NCBI GenBank assembly: GCA_902509555.1
Contig: CABWYS010000003.1
Span: 937 to 64,936 of the forward strand
From: an uncultured SAR86 cluster bacterium
GTDB taxonomy: Bacteria; Pseudomonadota; Gammaproteobacteria; Magnimaribacterales; D2472
Reading direction: 5' to 3'
Length of the DNA: 64,000 bases
The position numbers and the translations under genes are program-made. Position 1 is the stretch's first letter. The number at the start of each line of letters is the position of its first letter. Positions 1 to 10,905 of the stretch are shown piece by piece. The notes beneath the pieces were generated by a model. The model was not told the origin of the DNA. It made no database searches and was given only the letters and a program-made list of their open reading frames with translations.

Positions 1-67
1 ATGAAATAGATCAGTATGTTGAGAGCGCAAATGCAGCTGAGATTCCGACAGTAAATATTGTGAGCGC

Positions 68-1549
68 TTAGTTAGATTTTTCTCTAGCAACTTTCTGGTC
101 GTCTTTCCTAGAGGACTCAAGATCCTCTAGATAATCTGAGCTAATTGAAGTTGGATATTTGCCATCAAAAATAGACATTTCAAAATTTTTAATCATTGGA
201 TTGCCTTCTTGAGCAGAATCAATTAAGTCATCTAGATCTTGATAAATAAGCCAATCAGCTCCAATCTCTTTAGCGACTTCTTCATCAGTTCTCCCAGAAG
301 CAATCAGCTCATTCGTTGCTGCCATATCAATGCCGTAAAGGTTTTGAAATTTCACTGGCGGTGCTGCAGATGAAAAGTACACTTTATTTGCACCAGCCTC
401 TTTAGCCATTTCAATGATTCTCTTGCTGGTTGTACCCCTGACTATCGAATCATCAACTAACAGTACATTTTTTCCCTTAAACTCAAGGTCTAATATATTT
501 AACTTACGCCTAACTGATTTTTTTCTTTCTTCTTGATTTGGCATAATAAAAGTTCTTCCAACATACCTATTTTTAACAAAGCCCTGCCTGTAAGGAAGTT
601 TTAAAGCTGCTGCAAGCTGTAAAGCAGCTGTTGTAGAGCTATCAGGTATAGGTATTACTACATCAATATCATGCTCAGGGTTTAATTTGAGTATTTTTTT
701 TGCTAGCTTTTGCCCCATTCTCATTCTTGCTTTATAAACTGAAATCTCATCCAAAGTAGAATCAGGTCTAGCTAAATATACATATTCAAAGATACAAGGG
801 GTTGGTTCTGCGTTCTCAGAGCACTGATCGCTGTGTAAATTTCCTTCAACGTCTATGTAAACAGCCTCTCCAGGATATACATCTCTTAATGTTTTAAAGC
901 CTAAAGCAGAGAAAGAAGCATTCTCAGACGCAATGATATATTCTTTTTTTGATATACCCTCTTTAACACCAATCACTAGCGGGCGAATTCCGCGCGGGTC
1001 TCTAAAAGCAAGCAATCCAAAGCCAGTAATTAAAGCAACTACTGCATAGGCTCCTTGACATCTGATGTGAGTTTTTCTAACAGCTTTAAAAAAATGCTTT
1101 TTAGAAGGAAGAATTGCTCTCTGCTTTCCAAGCTCATGGGCAAAAATATTAAGCAGGACCTCTGAGTCTGAATCGGTATTAAGGTGACGCATTTCAGCAT
1201 GAAATAATTCACGCGCAAGAACTTTAGAATTTGTTAAGTTTCCATTATGGGCAAGACTAATGCCATATGGAGAATTAACATACATGGGTTGAGCAAACTC
1301 TTTACCTGCACCACCCGCTGTTGGGTAACGAACATGGCCAATTCCATAATTACCGAGCAATTTATTCATATGTCGCTGCTGAAAAGTGTCACGAACATAG
1401 CCCATAGATTTACGGCTATTTAATCTGCCAGTCTCATCACAAACGACCATTCCTGCTGCATCTTGACCTCTATGTTGAAGCATTAATAGAGAATCATAGA
1501 TTGAGCTAGCTACATGAGTTTCAGAGTATATGCCAACTATTCCACACAT
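68..1549 (-). CDS. purF: Amidophosphoribosyltransferase (glutamine-PRPP amidotransferase)
   Basis: 493-aa ORF starting MCGIVGI (Ntn Cys nucleophile). PRTase loop VLLVDDSIVRGTT. Conserved dedD-cvpA-purF context. Start overlaps the cvpA stop by 1 nt (TAATG). Confidence 0.95.
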   Translation of the reverse strand: MCGIVGIYSETHVASSIYDSLLMLQHRGQDAAGMVVCDETGRLNSRKSMGYVRDTFQQRHMNKLLGNYGIGHVRYPTAGGAGKEFAQPMYVNSPYGISLAHNGNLTNSKVLARELFHAEMRHLNTDSDSEVLLNIFAHELGKQRAILPSKKHFFKAVRKTHIRCQGAYAVVALITGFGLLAFRDPRGIRPLVIGVKEGISKKEYIIASENASFSALGFKTLRDVYPGEAVYIDVEGNLHSDQCSENAEPTPCIFEYVYLARPDSTLDEISVYKARMRMGQKLAKKILKLNPEHDIDVVIPIPDSSTTAALQLAAALKLPYRQGFVKNRYVGRTFIMPNQEERKKSVRRKLNILDLEFKGKNVLLVDDSIVRGTTSKRIIEMAKEAGANKVYFSSAAPPVKFQNLYGIDMAATNELIASGRTDEEVAKEIGADWLIYQDLDDLIDSAQEGNPMIKNFEMSIFDGKYPTSISSDYLEDLESSRKDDQKVAREKSN

Positions 1550-2088
1550 TAGGTTGTCTCGTAAATTGTGCTGATATCTGGTTTAAGCATAACTGAATTT
1601 TTATCCGAGATCATACTTTTAAAAAAATTTTCAGCCATAGGCGCATATTTTTTTAAATAAGCAGAGCTTTTAGACTCTGTGATGAAGGAAGATTGCTTAA
1701 AATCGCTGGGTAGAACCAAGTAGATGACTACAATTAGAAGCATGCCTCTGAGAAATCCAAATAATACCCCCAACAGTCTATCTAGACCTCCCATGCCGGA
1801 CCAATGAACTAAACCTCTCAGCAGTTTGATTAACAGGCCTCCCAAAAAGATAATTCCAACAAAGACAGAAACGATTGTAAGAATTCTTCTCATTTCAGGA
1901 CTGTTAATATAATCGATAAAATAAGGTTCTAAGTATACGTTTAAAAACATTGATGCTGAAAAGGCAATGATCCACAACAAAAGAGATAAAGTTTCTTGGA
2001 TAAAGCCTCGAAAAAATGCAATTAAACCTGAAAGTGCGATTATTCCAAGCACAAGATAATCAAAGTGAGATAAAACTAAGGATTCCAC
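1549..2088 (-). CDS. cvpA: CvpA-family inner membrane protein
   Basis: 179 aa with several hydrophobic helices. Located immediately upstream of purF, as cvpA is in other gammaproteobacteria. Confidence 0.8.
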   Translation of the reverse strand: MESLVLSHFDYLVLGIIALSGLIAFFRGFIQETLSLLLWIIAFSASMFLNVYLEPYFIDYINSPEMRRILTIVSVFVGIIFLGGLLIKLLRGLVHWSGMGGLDRLLGVLFGFLRGMLLIVVIYLVLPSDFKQSSFITESKSSAYLKKYAPMAENFFKSMISDKNSVMLKPDISTIYETT

Positions 2089-2564
2089 GCCATCACCTCA
2101 CCAACTTTTATGCCTGCAATTTGATTAAGAGTTTTTTGATTATCTTTAATATCTTTTTTGCTAGCAAAAGGTCCTACTAAAACATTGGTAAGCTTTTGAT
2201 TTGATTTATTTTGCTCAGTAAACGCTGGAAAGCCTGCATCATTAAATGCTTTGACTAGATTAGAAATAGTGGCCGAAGACCCAAAAGCGCCAGCTTTATA
2301 AACATATAAATTAAAATCAATATTTTCCAATCTATCCTTTGCAGATGGGAGCGTATCTTTTGTATCGATTTCCAGAGAGTCATTGTTGACCTCTTTAAAT
2401 TCTATTTTTTGAAGATTGTCTTGCTCAACCACAGGTTCTGGTAGTTTAGGAATATTGATATTACTAGTTTGTTGATACTTAGGCTGAGGAGAGAATGCAA
2501 AAATAAGAATCCAGGCCAACAAAGTAACTGCAATAAAAATTCCAAGCATTCGATTAGTATTCAT
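2076..2564 (-). CDS. SPOR-domain protein (DedD-like cell-division/peptidoglycan-binding protein)
   Basis: 162 aa. N-terminal TM (LGIFIAVTLLAWILIFAF) and a C-terminal SPOR-like segment (YVYKAGAFGS...LVGPFASKKDIKD). Occupies the dedD position between accD and cvpA. Confidence 0.7.
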   Translation of the reverse strand: MNTNRMLGIFIAVTLLAWILIFAFSPQPKYQQTSNINIPKLPEPVVEQDNLQKIEFKEVNNDSLEIDTKDTLPSAKDRLENIDFNLYVYKAGAFGSSATISNLVKAFNDAGFPAFTEQNKSNQKLTNVLVGPFASKKDIKDNQKTLNQIAGIKVGEVMAWNP

Positions 2565-3421
2565 TGCTTAGGATGAAGTTTAGATAGAATGCTTGATACC
2601 TTAGCTCTTAAATCTTTTCTATGAACTATCATGTCAATTGCCCCATGATCTAATAAAAATTCTGATTTTTGAAAGTCTTCAGGTAGATCGACTCTCACAG
2701 TCTGCTCAATAACTCTTCTGCCTGCAAATCCGACTAATGCTTTTGGCTCAGCTATATTTATATCTCCAAGCATTGCTATGCTGGCTGAAACTCCACCATA
2801 AATGGGATCAATCATTATTGAAATATATGGTAATCTTGCTTCTTTAAGTTTCTCTAATGCTGCTGATGTTTTTGCCATTTGCATTAAAGAAACCATAGAC
2901 TCTTGCATTCTTGCTCCTCCACTCGTAGAAAAACATATCAATGGGGTTTTGCTCGCTATTGCCGCATCGACTCCTTGGACAAATTTTGTTCCAACTGCCC
3001 CGCCCATGGATCCTCCCATGTAGCGAAATTCAAAAGCTGCCACAACAATTTCAACACCCTCTAGCTTACCCTTACCAATAACAATTGCTTCCTCTTCGCC
3101 CGTACTAGAGACAGCCTCTTTGATACGCTGACTATAAGACTTAGTATCTTTAAATTTTAAAATGTCTTTTGTGATAATTTTAGTTGCTAGCTCATGAAAG
3201 CTTCCACCATCAAAGAAAATCGACATTCTTGTTCTTGCACCAATGCGTAAATGATGATCACATTTTGGGCAAACAAAAAGCGATTTCTCTAATTCAGGTT
3301 GATATAAGATAGCTTCACATGCTGGGCAATTATTCCACAATCCATCAGGCACCTTGCTTTTAGAGGAATCTGAATCACGATTTGAGCCAATAGATGGAAT
3401 TAATCTTGTAAGCCAATTCAT
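2561..3421 (-). CDS. accD: Acetyl-CoA carboxylase carboxyltransferase beta subunit
   Basis: 286 aa. N-terminal Cys4 zinc ribbon (CPACEA...CPKCDHH) and a carboxyltransferase core (GGSMGG, GGARMQE). Confidence 0.93.
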   Translation of the reverse strand: MNWLTRLIPSIGSNRDSDSSKSKVPDGLWNNCPACEAILYQPELEKSLFVCPKCDHHLRIGARTRMSIFFDGGSFHELATKIITKDILKFKDTKSYSQRIKEAVSSTGEEEAIVIGKGKLEGVEIVVAAFEFRYMGGSMGGAVGTKFVQGVDAAIASKTPLICFSTSGGARMQESMVSLMQMAKTSAALEKLKEARLPYISIMIDPIYGGVSASIAMLGDINIAEPKALVGFAGRRVIEQTVRVDLPEDFQKSEFLLDHGAIDMIVHRKDLRAKVSSILSKLHPKQ

Positions 3422-4218
3422 CTACTTATTGCTTCAGCCATTTCATGAAGGTAATTATATATTTTTTTATATTCTTTTTGGTCGGATTGTTCGTGAATCA
3501 TCTGAACTAAACTGGATCCAATTACAATCCCGTCTGATATTTTACTTAAATTAAAAGCGTCATCAGGAGTCTTAATTCCAAACCCAGCAAACACCGGAAG
3601 TGAAGTTTGCGACCTAATGTAATTAATATTACTTTCTGCTTCCTGGATATTTAGATGAGAAGATCCTGTCACACCTCGAAGAGTAACGTAATATATGAAA
3701 CCTGAACTGGAATTACATATTTTACCAATCCTATCCTCACTTGTGGTTGGAGCTATTAATGATATAGAGGCAAGATGTTCATTCTTAATCCCGAGATCCT
3801 CTAGATTGCTCTCACCAGGAATATCAACGATTAAAACTGCATCAGTCCCAGATTGATGAGCTTCTTTTAAAGCTTCTGCGTTGGCTAGAAAAGTATTAAT
3901 GTAACCCATCAGAATGATTGGAGTATCAGTATTTTTTTCTCTAAATCTCTCAACAAGCTGAAAAATGTTATTTAGCGATGTATTATTTTTTAAGGCTCTA
4001 TCATGGGCAGCTTGAATAATAGGCCCTTCAGCAATAGGGTCAGTAAAAGGAACGCCAATCTCAAGAATGTCTACTCCTGCGCTAACAAATCCATGCATAA
4101 GCTCAAGGGTTGAATCCAAGTCTGGGTCCCCAGCTACTAAATATGCAACTAGTGCTTTTTTTGAAGTCTTGTTAAAAGAAAGAATCTTCTCATCTAATCT
4201 AGTCAAGAGATATCCCAT
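3418..4218 (-). CDS. trpA: Tryptophan synthase alpha chain
   Basis: [15 protein letters not shown] and GFGIK motifs. The track ORF extends to 4266. I prefer the ATG at 4218 ([12 protein letters not shown]...[13 protein letters not shown]), which matches normal TrpA N-termini and overlaps trpB by 20 nt. Confidence 0.88.
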   Translation of the reverse strand: MGYLLTRLDEKILSFNKTSKKALVAYLVAGDPDLDSTLELMHGFVSAGVDILEIGVPFTDPIAEGPIIQAAHDRALKNNTSLNNIFQLVERFREKNTDTPIILMGYINTFLANAEALKEAHQSGTDAVLIVDIPGESNLEDLGIKNEHLASISLIAPTTSEDRIGKICNSSSGFIYYVTLRGVTGSSHLNIQEAESNINYIRSQTSLPVFAGFGIKTPDDAFNLSKISDGIVIGSSLVQMIHEQSDQKEYKKIYNYLHEMAEAISR

Positions 4219-5404
4219 CCATGGTAGCAACTGTATTAATGTCTTTATCTCCTCTTCCAGAAACATTAATTACAACATGTTGATTAGATTTATAATTTTT
4301 AGCAATATGTTCTAATGCAGCAAATGCATGTGCAGTTTCTAGAGCGGGCATAATACCCTCAAGCTTTGTTACTAGATGAAAAGAACTTAAAACTTCATCA
4401 TCATCCACAGCTATATAATTAGCTCGTCCAGAATCCTTTAAATTTGAGTGCTCTGGACCAACTCCAGGATAATCTAATCCTGCTGAGATAGAATGTGTGT
4501 CTACTACCTGGCCATTTTCATCTTGCATAAGATAGCTCTTTGCTCCGTGGAGAATACCTGGCTCTCCATCGTTTAGGGGAGCTGCATGTTTACCGCTCAT
4601 TAAACCGCTACCAGCAGCTTCAACACCAATCAGATCAACATTAGACTCTTCAAGAAAAGGATAGAAAATTCCCATCGCATTTGATCCACCGCCAACACAT
4701 GCAACAATTGCATCTGGATATTGCATAAATTGTTCCATAGATTGCTTTCTTAATTCCCTTCCAACGATGGCATTAAAATCCCTTACTATCATTGGATAAG
4801 GATGAGGGCCTGTAACACTGCCAATAATATAATAAGTATCCTCAATGTTAGTTACCCAATCTCTCATAGCCTCATTTAATGCATCTTTAAGTGTTGCAGT
4901 ACCAGAATCAACTGCATGCACTTTTGCACCAAGAAGTTTTATTCTGTAAACATTTAATGACTGCCTTTTTACATCTGCGGCGCCCATATAAATATGGCAC
5001 TCAAGACCAAGTCTTGCTGCAACTGTTGCAGTTGCTACTCCATGCTGTCCGGCACCAGTTTCAGCAATAATCCTTTTCTTGCCCATTGCCTTAGCAAGCA
5101 ATATCTGCCCAACAGTATTATTAATCTTATGAGCACCTGTATGATTTAAATCCTCTCTTTTAAGCCATATTTGTGGACCAGAATAATAATCTGTTAATCT
5201 TTTGGCAAAATACAATGGAGAAGGTCTGCCCACGAATTGGACTAAATCTTGATCAATTTCTTCTATAAATTCAGGGTTATTTTTTAGCTTTGCATATATT
5301 TCATCCAGCTCTTTTAGTGCATGCATGAGCGTCTCAGGAACAAACTTCCCTCCATAGTCTCCAAAAAAACCATCAGGGTTTGGTAAATCAGTTAAGTTAT
5401 TCAT
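4199..5404 (-). CDS. trpB: Tryptophan synthase beta chain
   Basis: 401 aa. PLP-lysine motif HTGAHKINN and the GGGSNAMG loop. Confidence 0.95.
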   Translation of the reverse strand: MNNLTDLPNPDGFFGDYGGKFVPETLMHALKELDEIYAKLKNNPEFIEEIDQDLVQFVGRPSPLYFAKRLTDYYSGPQIWLKREDLNHTGAHKINNTVGQILLAKAMGKKRIIAETGAGQHGVATATVAARLGLECHIYMGAADVKRQSLNVYRIKLLGAKVHAVDSGTATLKDALNEAMRDWVTNIEDTYYIIGSVTGPHPYPMIVRDFNAIVGRELRKQSMEQFMQYPDAIVACVGGGSNAMGIFYPFLEESNVDLIGVEAAGSGLMSGKHAAPLNDGEPGILHGAKSYLMQDENGQVVDTHSISAGLDYPGVGPEHSNLKDSGRANYIAVDDDEVLSSFHLVTKLEGIMPALETAHAFAALEHIAKNYKSNQHVVINVSGRGDKDINTVATMDGISLD

Positions 5405-6005
5405 TTTTTAAAATTTTTATAATCTGAGCTATCAGATTTCTATCTTTGTGTGCGAGTGATGATTCTACCCCAGAGTTCACATCAATACACCATGGATTGA
5501 GATAGGCCGCTTCTTTAATATTCTTAGAATTAATTCCCCCAGCAAGTATAAATTTACTTTGAAGTGAGATATTTTTTAACAAACTCCAGTCAAACACTTT
5601 ACCAGTTCCCCCATAAGCATCCCCAGAAAATGTTTCAAGCAGCAACGCGTTGGCAGAAGGAAAATTATTTACTGCCTTAAGAGATTGAGAATCTTTAACC
5701 CTAATCGTCTTCCAAAATGGATGATTAAATTGTTGGCAAAAACTATCTTCTTCTTCACCATGAAATTGCAAGATTGGATTTTCAATATTAGTTGTAATTC
5801 TTTTAACCTCATCAACTGATGGATTTACAAAAATAAAAACTGGTGTGGTGCCATGAAAGTTAAAAGTCTCTAAAGAGGATAAAAAATCATTAGAAATTTT
5901 TCTAGGGCTATCATTAGCTAAGATGAATCCAGCAAAATCAACACCTGCTTCACAAACATATTCCAATATATTTGTGTCTTGTATCCCGCAAATTTTTAAT
6001 TTCAT
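5397..6005 (-). CDS. trpF: Phosphoribosylanthranilate isomerase
   Basis: 202 aa, MKLKICGI start typical of TrpF, TIM-barrel size. Lies in a truA-trpF-trpB-trpA arrangement with overlapping junctions. Confidence 0.85.
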   Translation of the reverse strand: MKLKICGIQDTNILEYVCEAGVDFAGFILANDSPRKISNDFLSSLETFNFHGTTPVFIFVNPSVDEVKRITTNIENPILQFHGEEEDSFCQQFNHPFWKTIRVKDSQSLKAVNNFPSANALLLETFSGDAYGGTGKVFDWSLLKNISLQSKFILAGGINSKNIKEAAYLNPWCIDVNSGVESSLAHKDRNLIAQIIKILKNE

Positions 6006-6796
6006 TGTCTTGAACCAATAAAAAAACTAAAAGGGTTGGTGGCGTCATCTTGCAAATCTAAATTTATCTTTTTATATTCAGCGCCTGTAAAGAAGAGTCC
6101 TTGAGCTTGTGCCGTCTTCCCAGCAACCTTTCGATCTTGAGCATTTAAAATAGTCTTCATATTTTTTCCAGAGCCTTTAGAAATGTCTAGCAATGTGCCA
6201 ACAATAATTCTAACCATATTATACAAGTATGCATTTGCACACAGACTTATAATAATAAAGTTCTCCCTTTGCTCAATATCAATACTATGTAATGTGCGAA
6301 TTGGATTTTTTGCAGTACATTTTGATCCCCTGAAGGAATTAAAATTATGTTTACCAATTAAATGAGCAGCTTCAGATCTCATAATTTCTATATCAATTTC
6401 ATGTTTTTCCCAATAAATATAATCTCTAAAAAAAATTGGCTGAGTTTTACCGGTATAAATTACATAAGTATAAGATCGATTAATAGCATCAAATCTAGAA
6501 TGGAAGTCATCTGGTGCCTTTTGAATAGAGGAAATGGAGATATCACTGGGTAATTGAGAATTAAGACCTTTGAGCCATTGACTAATTTCTCTATGATCCT
6601 TGGATAAAAAATCAAAAATCTGTCCTGTAGCATGCACCCCAGCATCTGTTCTTCCAGCGTAATTAATACGCTCTTCAAGAGCCCCAATTGATGAGATGGC
6701 TAGTTCAAGATGATTTTGAATAGATGATGCATTCTTTTGTGATTGAAATCCGGAATAATTAGAGCCATCGTACTGACAAATACCTACAAACCTCAC
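6002..6796 (-). CDS. truA: tRNA pseudouridine(38-40) synthase
   Basis: 264 aa. Catalytic-Asp motif GRTDAGVHA. YDGSNYSGFQ N-terminus. Confidence 0.92.
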   Translation of the reverse strand: MRFVGICQYDGSNYSGFQSQKNASSIQNHLELAISSIGALEERINYAGRTDAGVHATGQIFDFLSKDHREISQWLKGLNSQLPSDISISSIQKAPDDFHSRFDAINRSYTYVIYTGKTQPIFFRDYIYWEKHEIDIEIMRSEAAHLIGKHNFNSFRGSKCTAKNPIRTLHSIDIEQRENFIIISLCANAYLYNMVRIIVGTLLDISKGSGKNMKTILNAQDRKVAGKTAQAQGLFFTGAEYKKINLDLQDDATNPFSFFIGSRQ

Positions 6797-6799
6797 AAT

Positions 6800-8161
6800 C
6801 TAATTCTTTTCTTTTAATAGCGCACGGGCATCAGAAACAATTGCTTCATTATTTGAGTTAGCAATAAGCTTTTCTAAAATTTTTTCTGCGCTATCCCAGT
6901 CCTCCATTTCAATATAAGTTCTAACCAAATCTAATTCTTGGGTCTCAATATCATTGGATATGCTTAAATTTGTTTGGAAGGTATTATTCTCATCCTGCAA
7001 ATCTTCTTCTGCAGCTGCTCTTGTAAATGCAGGTCTCTTACTTGATCGGATAAGCATATAAGAAATCACAAAGCCTAAAAGTAAAGACAAAACTCCAACC
7101 CAAAATAGATCTCTAAGATCAAAACCTTTAGAGTTTTTTGAAATATCAGTTCTTGCAGAAAGATCAGTTTCTGACCGTATCTGAATGATTGAAGTATTTT
7201 TTGAAACTATTTCTGAAGCATTTAATTCAGAATTATCTATTTCGTTTATTGGATCAGGTTTTGATTTAAGAGTCGGGCTATCAATAGAATCTTGATTATT
7301 GCCGGGGTTAAGGTAAGTTTCTGCAGGCGCAGTTAATTTAAGAATTGGCTTGATTATAGATCCTTTAATTTGTTTGTTTCTTATATCCATGAAAGCAATT
7401 GACTCTTTTGCACTCACCTCTGAGGTGGAAGCGACTAGTTCTTGAGAAGGCAATGAAAGATCAATATCCCCTCTTACTCTATTAATGTCCTCATCAATAA
7501 ATGCATCTGGATTCTCAAGGTAAAAGCCCCACATTATTTGATATATTGAAGCATCATAATTTTGACTGACAGACTGTGAGACGCTCCATATAGTCTCAAC
7601 CTCGCTGCTTGGTATGCTTTTAGGGTCTTCAACATCATTGCTGTTATCAGCGTTAGGCTTGGCAAGAGAGAAGGCGTTAGAGTTATTAACCTCAGGGTCT
7701 TGATAATCAATCTCCTCAGATAGTATTTTTTCTAAATCATATCGTTGTGGCTCGCCATAAATTTTCTTTGCTGGTAGTTTAAAAGAAACTTGTGATTTTG
7801 CCTTGGGAGCAAGATTATTTTGTGGGAGAAATATAAATATATCTTTTTTTAATTCTTTCTTAATATTGAGCCGAAAAGAAATATAGTCTTCTAAATAATT
7901 CCCAGGTATGGCCAAGGTTAAACGTTTATAATCCTGGAGATTTTCAAAAATTCTAAATTCAAATTTAAAATCTGAAAGCTCATCATCTGATTTGAAATTC
8001 GTAAAAGAAATATCATCTTCATCTAGATTTATAGTTGAGCTGATCTTAATCTGAACCAGATATAATCCTTCTGAATTAATTTCTACAAGAGGACTTCCAA
8101 TGATAGTGCTTGCATAAAGGCTATGACTCAACAAGGCTAATAAAAGAAAATGCTTTTTCAT
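6800..8161 (-). CDS. FimV/HubP-like peptidoglycan-binding membrane protein (compact form)
   Basis: 453 aa. Signal peptide, then a FimV-type LysM-like segment (ETIWSVSQ...IMWGFYLENPDAFIDEDINRVRGDIDLSLPS). One TM (FWVGVLSLLLGFVISYMLI) and a C-terminal FimV motif (LDLVRTYIEMEDWDSAEKILEKL). Syntenic with fimV between asd and truA. Confidence 0.65.
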   Translation of the reverse strand: MKKHFLLLALLSHSLYASTIIGSPLVEINSEGLYLVQIKISSTINLDEDDISFTNFKSDDELSDFKFEFRIFENLQDYKRLTLAIPGNYLEDYISFRLNIKKELKKDIFIFLPQNNLAPKAKSQVSFKLPAKKIYGEPQRYDLEKILSEEIDYQDPEVNNSNAFSLAKPNADNSNDVEDPKSIPSSEVETIWSVSQSVSQNYDASIYQIMWGFYLENPDAFIDEDINRVRGDIDLSLPSQELVASTSEVSAKESIAFMDIRNKQIKGSIIKPILKLTAPAETYLNPGNNQDSIDSPTLKSKPDPINEIDNSELNASEIVSKNTSIIQIRSETDLSARTDISKNSKGFDLRDLFWVGVLSLLLGFVISYMLIRSSKRPAFTRAAAEEDLQDENNTFQTNLSISNDIETQELDLVRTYIEMEDWDSAEKILEKLIANSNNEAIVSDARALLKEKN

Positions 8162-9186
8162 TCTAATAAATTAATACTAAGAAGTTCTTCGCATATCTGA
8201 ACTGCGTTTAATGCAGCGCCTTTGCCATAAACATTATCAGCAACTATCCACATTGAAATCCACGTATCCCCATCAAGCTTTTGCGAGCGAATTCGCCCAA
8301 CATAAACTTCCTCTGTATCAGATGCATTCTCAACAGGTGTTGGATACACTTCATTTCTTGGGTCATCGAGTACTTTAATGCCAGGAGAATTGTTAAGAGT
8401 TTCAATAATTTCTTCTCGTGATATTGCTTTAGATACCTTAAAAAACACTGCCTCAGAATGTCCATTGAATACTGGAACTCTTACGCAAGTTGCCTGAACT
8501 TGAATGTTTGGATCAAGGATTTTATGAGTTTCCCAAGTTAACTTCATTTCCTCTTTAGTAAAATTATTTTCCAAAAAAATGTCACATTGTGGAATAGCAT
8601 TAAAAGCAATTTGCTTCGGATAAACTGAAGATTCGCCAGCTGAATCAGTAAAATATGTTTGATTATGCAATTCCTCTAAGGCGGCCTTTCCAGTTCCTGA
8701 AACTGCCTGATATGTTGCTATATTTAGAATCTTGATTTTGACTTGATCATGAATAGGTTTTAAAGCCATAAGCAATTGAGCTGTAGAACAATTTGGGTTG
8801 GCTATAAGCGATGGCTTTGAGAGGCCGCTTAGAATCTCTCCGTTAATTTCTGGAATAATTAAAGGGACATCATCTTCATATCGAAAATTCGAGGATAAAT
8901 CTATAACAAAACTACCTTGAGTAACAAAGTTTCTAGCATATTGTTCTGCAACACTTGATCCAGCAGAAAAAATTATAAATTGTCCTTTTTTTGGAATAAA
9001 ATTTTCTAATGATTCTACTTCAAAATGTTTATTATTAAATTGAATCGATGCTCCCACTGTTGAATTACCCAGAGGTATAAATTGATCTATAGGAAATGCT
9101 CTTTTCTCTAATAATTGGATGATTTTTGTTCCAACAACGCCAGATGCTCCTATCAAAGCAAGAGATACTCCCTTATTCATTTTCAT
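8158..9186 (-). CDS. asd: Aspartate-semialdehyde dehydrogenase (short type)
   Basis: 342 aa. GASGVVG Rossmann start, active-site Cys in ANPNCST, His in NGHSEAV. Could alternatively be a USG-1-like paralogue, but the catalytic residues are intact. Confidence 0.78.
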   Translation of the reverse strand: MKMNKGVSLALIGASGVVGTKIIQLLEKRAFPIDQFIPLGNSTVGASIQFNNKHFEVESLENFIPKKGQFIIFSAGSSVAEQYARNFVTQGSFVIDLSSNFRYEDDVPLIIPEINGEILSGLSKPSLIANPNCSTAQLLMALKPIHDQVKIKILNIATYQAVSGTGKAALEELHNQTYFTDSAGESSVYPKQIAFNAIPQCDIFLENNFTKEEMKLTWETHKILDPNIQVQATCVRVPVFNGHSEAVFFKVSKAISREEIIETLNNSPGIKVLDDPRNEVYPTPVENASDTEEVYVGRIRSQKLDGDTWISMWIVADNVYGKGAALNAVQICEELLSINLLE

Positions 9187-10267
9187 TCTTTAAGATTCTA
9201 ATTAAAGCTGGAGCAACTTCTTTGGTTTTCATGAATTCCTCAGAAGTCGAGATATCTTTTGTTCTATGACCTTCACTGATAAAGGTTTTGATCGCCGATT
9301 CAATCCTCCTTGCAAGATCAACTCTTCCAAGCGAGTACTCAAAAGCCATTGCAAGAGAGGCAATCATTGCAATTGGATTTGCAATGCCCTCCCCAGCAAT
9401 ATCAGGTGCACTTCCGTGACATGGCTCATACATACCTTGAGAAGAACTATTTAAGGATGCAGAGGGAAGCATTCCAATAGAGCCACTTAATGTAGCGGCA
9501 ATATCAGACAGCATATCTCCAAAAAGATTGCCTGAAACAATCACATCATATTGATTTGGATTTAACACGAGCTGCATAGCTGTATTATCAGCAAGTTGAT
9601 GAGAAAGCTCTACTTCTGGATACTCTGAGCTCATCTCAGTGACTATACTTCTCCAAAACTTTGAGACCTCAAGAACATTGGCTTTTTCAACAGAGCATAA
9701 CTTCTTGTCTCTATTCATTGCAGCTTCGAATGCGACCTTTGCAATTCTTCTAATTTCGTCTTCGTTATAGATCATTGTATTAAAACCATATTTAGGAGTT
9801 TCATTCTCAACAATACCTCGAGGCTCACCAAAATATACCCCACCAGTTAGCTCTCGCACTATAAGGATATCTAGATTTTCTATAATATGATTTTTTAGAG
9901 GAGATGCAGATGCAAGCTCGTTAAACAAGAAAGCAGGTCTTAGATTAGCAAACAGACCAAGAGATTTACGCAATCCAAGTAATGCTTGCTCTGGTCGAAG
10001 ATCCCATCCAAGATCATCCCATTGCGGTCCGCCAACGGCTCCAAATAAAATTGCATCTGAGTTTCGAGCTATATCTAAAGTTTCTTCAGTTAACGGTTGG
10101 CCAAACTCATCATAAGATGAGCCACCAACTTTTCTCTCAGATATATGAAAATCCATGCCTTGTTCATCAATTAGATAGTGTAAAACTTCATTCATTGAAG
10201 AGGTAACTTCTTGGCCAATGCCATCTCCTGGAAGAATTAATATTTTTTTTGTCATTCCTGCGCTCAA
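9173..10267 (-). CDS. leuB: 3-isopropylmalate dehydrogenase
   Basis: 364 aa. ILILPGDGIGQEV N-terminus, typical IMDH length, downstream of leuCD. The true start may be the Met at 10255 (MTKKILIL). Confidence 0.93.
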   Translation of the reverse strand: MSAGMTKKILILPGDGIGQEVTSSMNEVLHYLIDEQGMDFHISERKVGGSSYDEFGQPLTEETLDIARNSDAILFGAVGGPQWDDLGWDLRPEQALLGLRKSLGLFANLRPAFLFNELASASPLKNHIIENLDILIVRELTGGVYFGEPRGIVENETPKYGFNTMIYNEDEIRRIAKVAFEAAMNRDKKLCSVEKANVLEVSKFWRSIVTEMSSEYPEVELSHQLADNTAMQLVLNPNQYDVIVSGNLFGDMLSDIAATLSGSIGMLPSASLNSSSQGMYEPCHGSAPDIAGEGIANPIAMIASLAMAFEYSLGRVDLARRIESAIKTFISEGHRTKDISTSEEFMKTKEVAPALIRILKNENE

Positions 10268-10905
10268 TTAGTGTAATCAAAAAGCCAGGGTCTCTGGTTT
10301 CTTCTTATTTGTTCAAAAATCTTGATATCACTTTTATGTCTCAAGGTAATATCCACATCATCTAAATTATTAATAATACGATCAAGCAGACTATCTTTTA
10401 CATCAAAGGAATAGGAAGAGTCATCACCAAACTTCAGATCTTTTCTTTGTAAATCTATTTTAAAGTTAACTGATGAAGAGCTAGAAATGTTAAATAGATG
10501 ATTAATCTCTTCTTTAGACAATTTTATTGGCAGAACAGAATTCTTAAAACAATTATTGTAAAAAATATCTCCAAATGAGCTTGCTATGACTGCCTTAAAG
10601 CCAAAATCTCTTAAAGCCCACACAGCATGCTCTCTACTAGATCCACAACCAAAATTATCTCTAGCTAATAGAATTTCGGCATTTGTAAAAGGCTCCTTAT
10701 TTAAAATGAAATCATGATTTTTAGAACGATCTTCTGAAGTCATATCTAACCTTCCTTCATCTAAATATCTCCATCCATCAAAGAGAAAATCTCCAAAGCC
10801 AAATTTTTTTATAGATTTTAGATACTCAGTTGGAATAATTTGATCAGTATCAATATTATCTCTATCAAAAGTTGCTACGATGCCTGTAATAACTGAATTG
10901 GTCAT
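10264..10905 (-). CDS. leuD: 3-isopropylmalate dehydratase small subunit
   Basis: 213 aa with the GCGSSREHA motif. Overlaps leuC and leuB by 4 nt each. Confidence 0.92.
   Translation of the reverse strand: MTNSVITGIVATFDRDNIDTDQIIPTEYLKSIKKFGFGDFLFDGWRYLDEGRLDMTSEDRSKNHDFILNKEPFTNAEILLARDNFGCGSSREHAVWALRDFGFKAVIASSFGDIFYNNCFKNSVLPIKLSKEEINHLFNISSSSSVNFKIDLQRKDLKFGDDSSYSFDVKDSLLDRIINNLDDVDITLRHKSDIKIFEQIRRNQRPWLFDYTN

Noticed and set aside
3-71. Open frame (+3) running in from the window edge (…EIDQYVESANAAEIPTVNIVSA*), whose TAG (69-71) would overlap the purF stop in the same 4-nt manner as other convergent pairs.
   Set aside because: There are only 22 codons and no recognisable motif. A stop-free run of that length is not rare even in AT-rich DNA, so I did not list it as a feature.
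4219-4266. The longer trpA ORF start in the track ([16 protein letters not shown]…).
   Set aside because: The extension lies inside trpB coding sequence and has no counterpart in TrpA proteins. The Met at 4218 gives a canonical N-terminus.
6800-8161. Initial impression that the FimV-like protein lacks the LysM/peptidoglycan-binding region.
   Set aside because: On re-reading, ETIWSVSQ…IMWGFYLENPDAFIDEDINRVRGDIDLSLPS matches the FimV-type LysM-like segment. The protein is simply a compact FimV.
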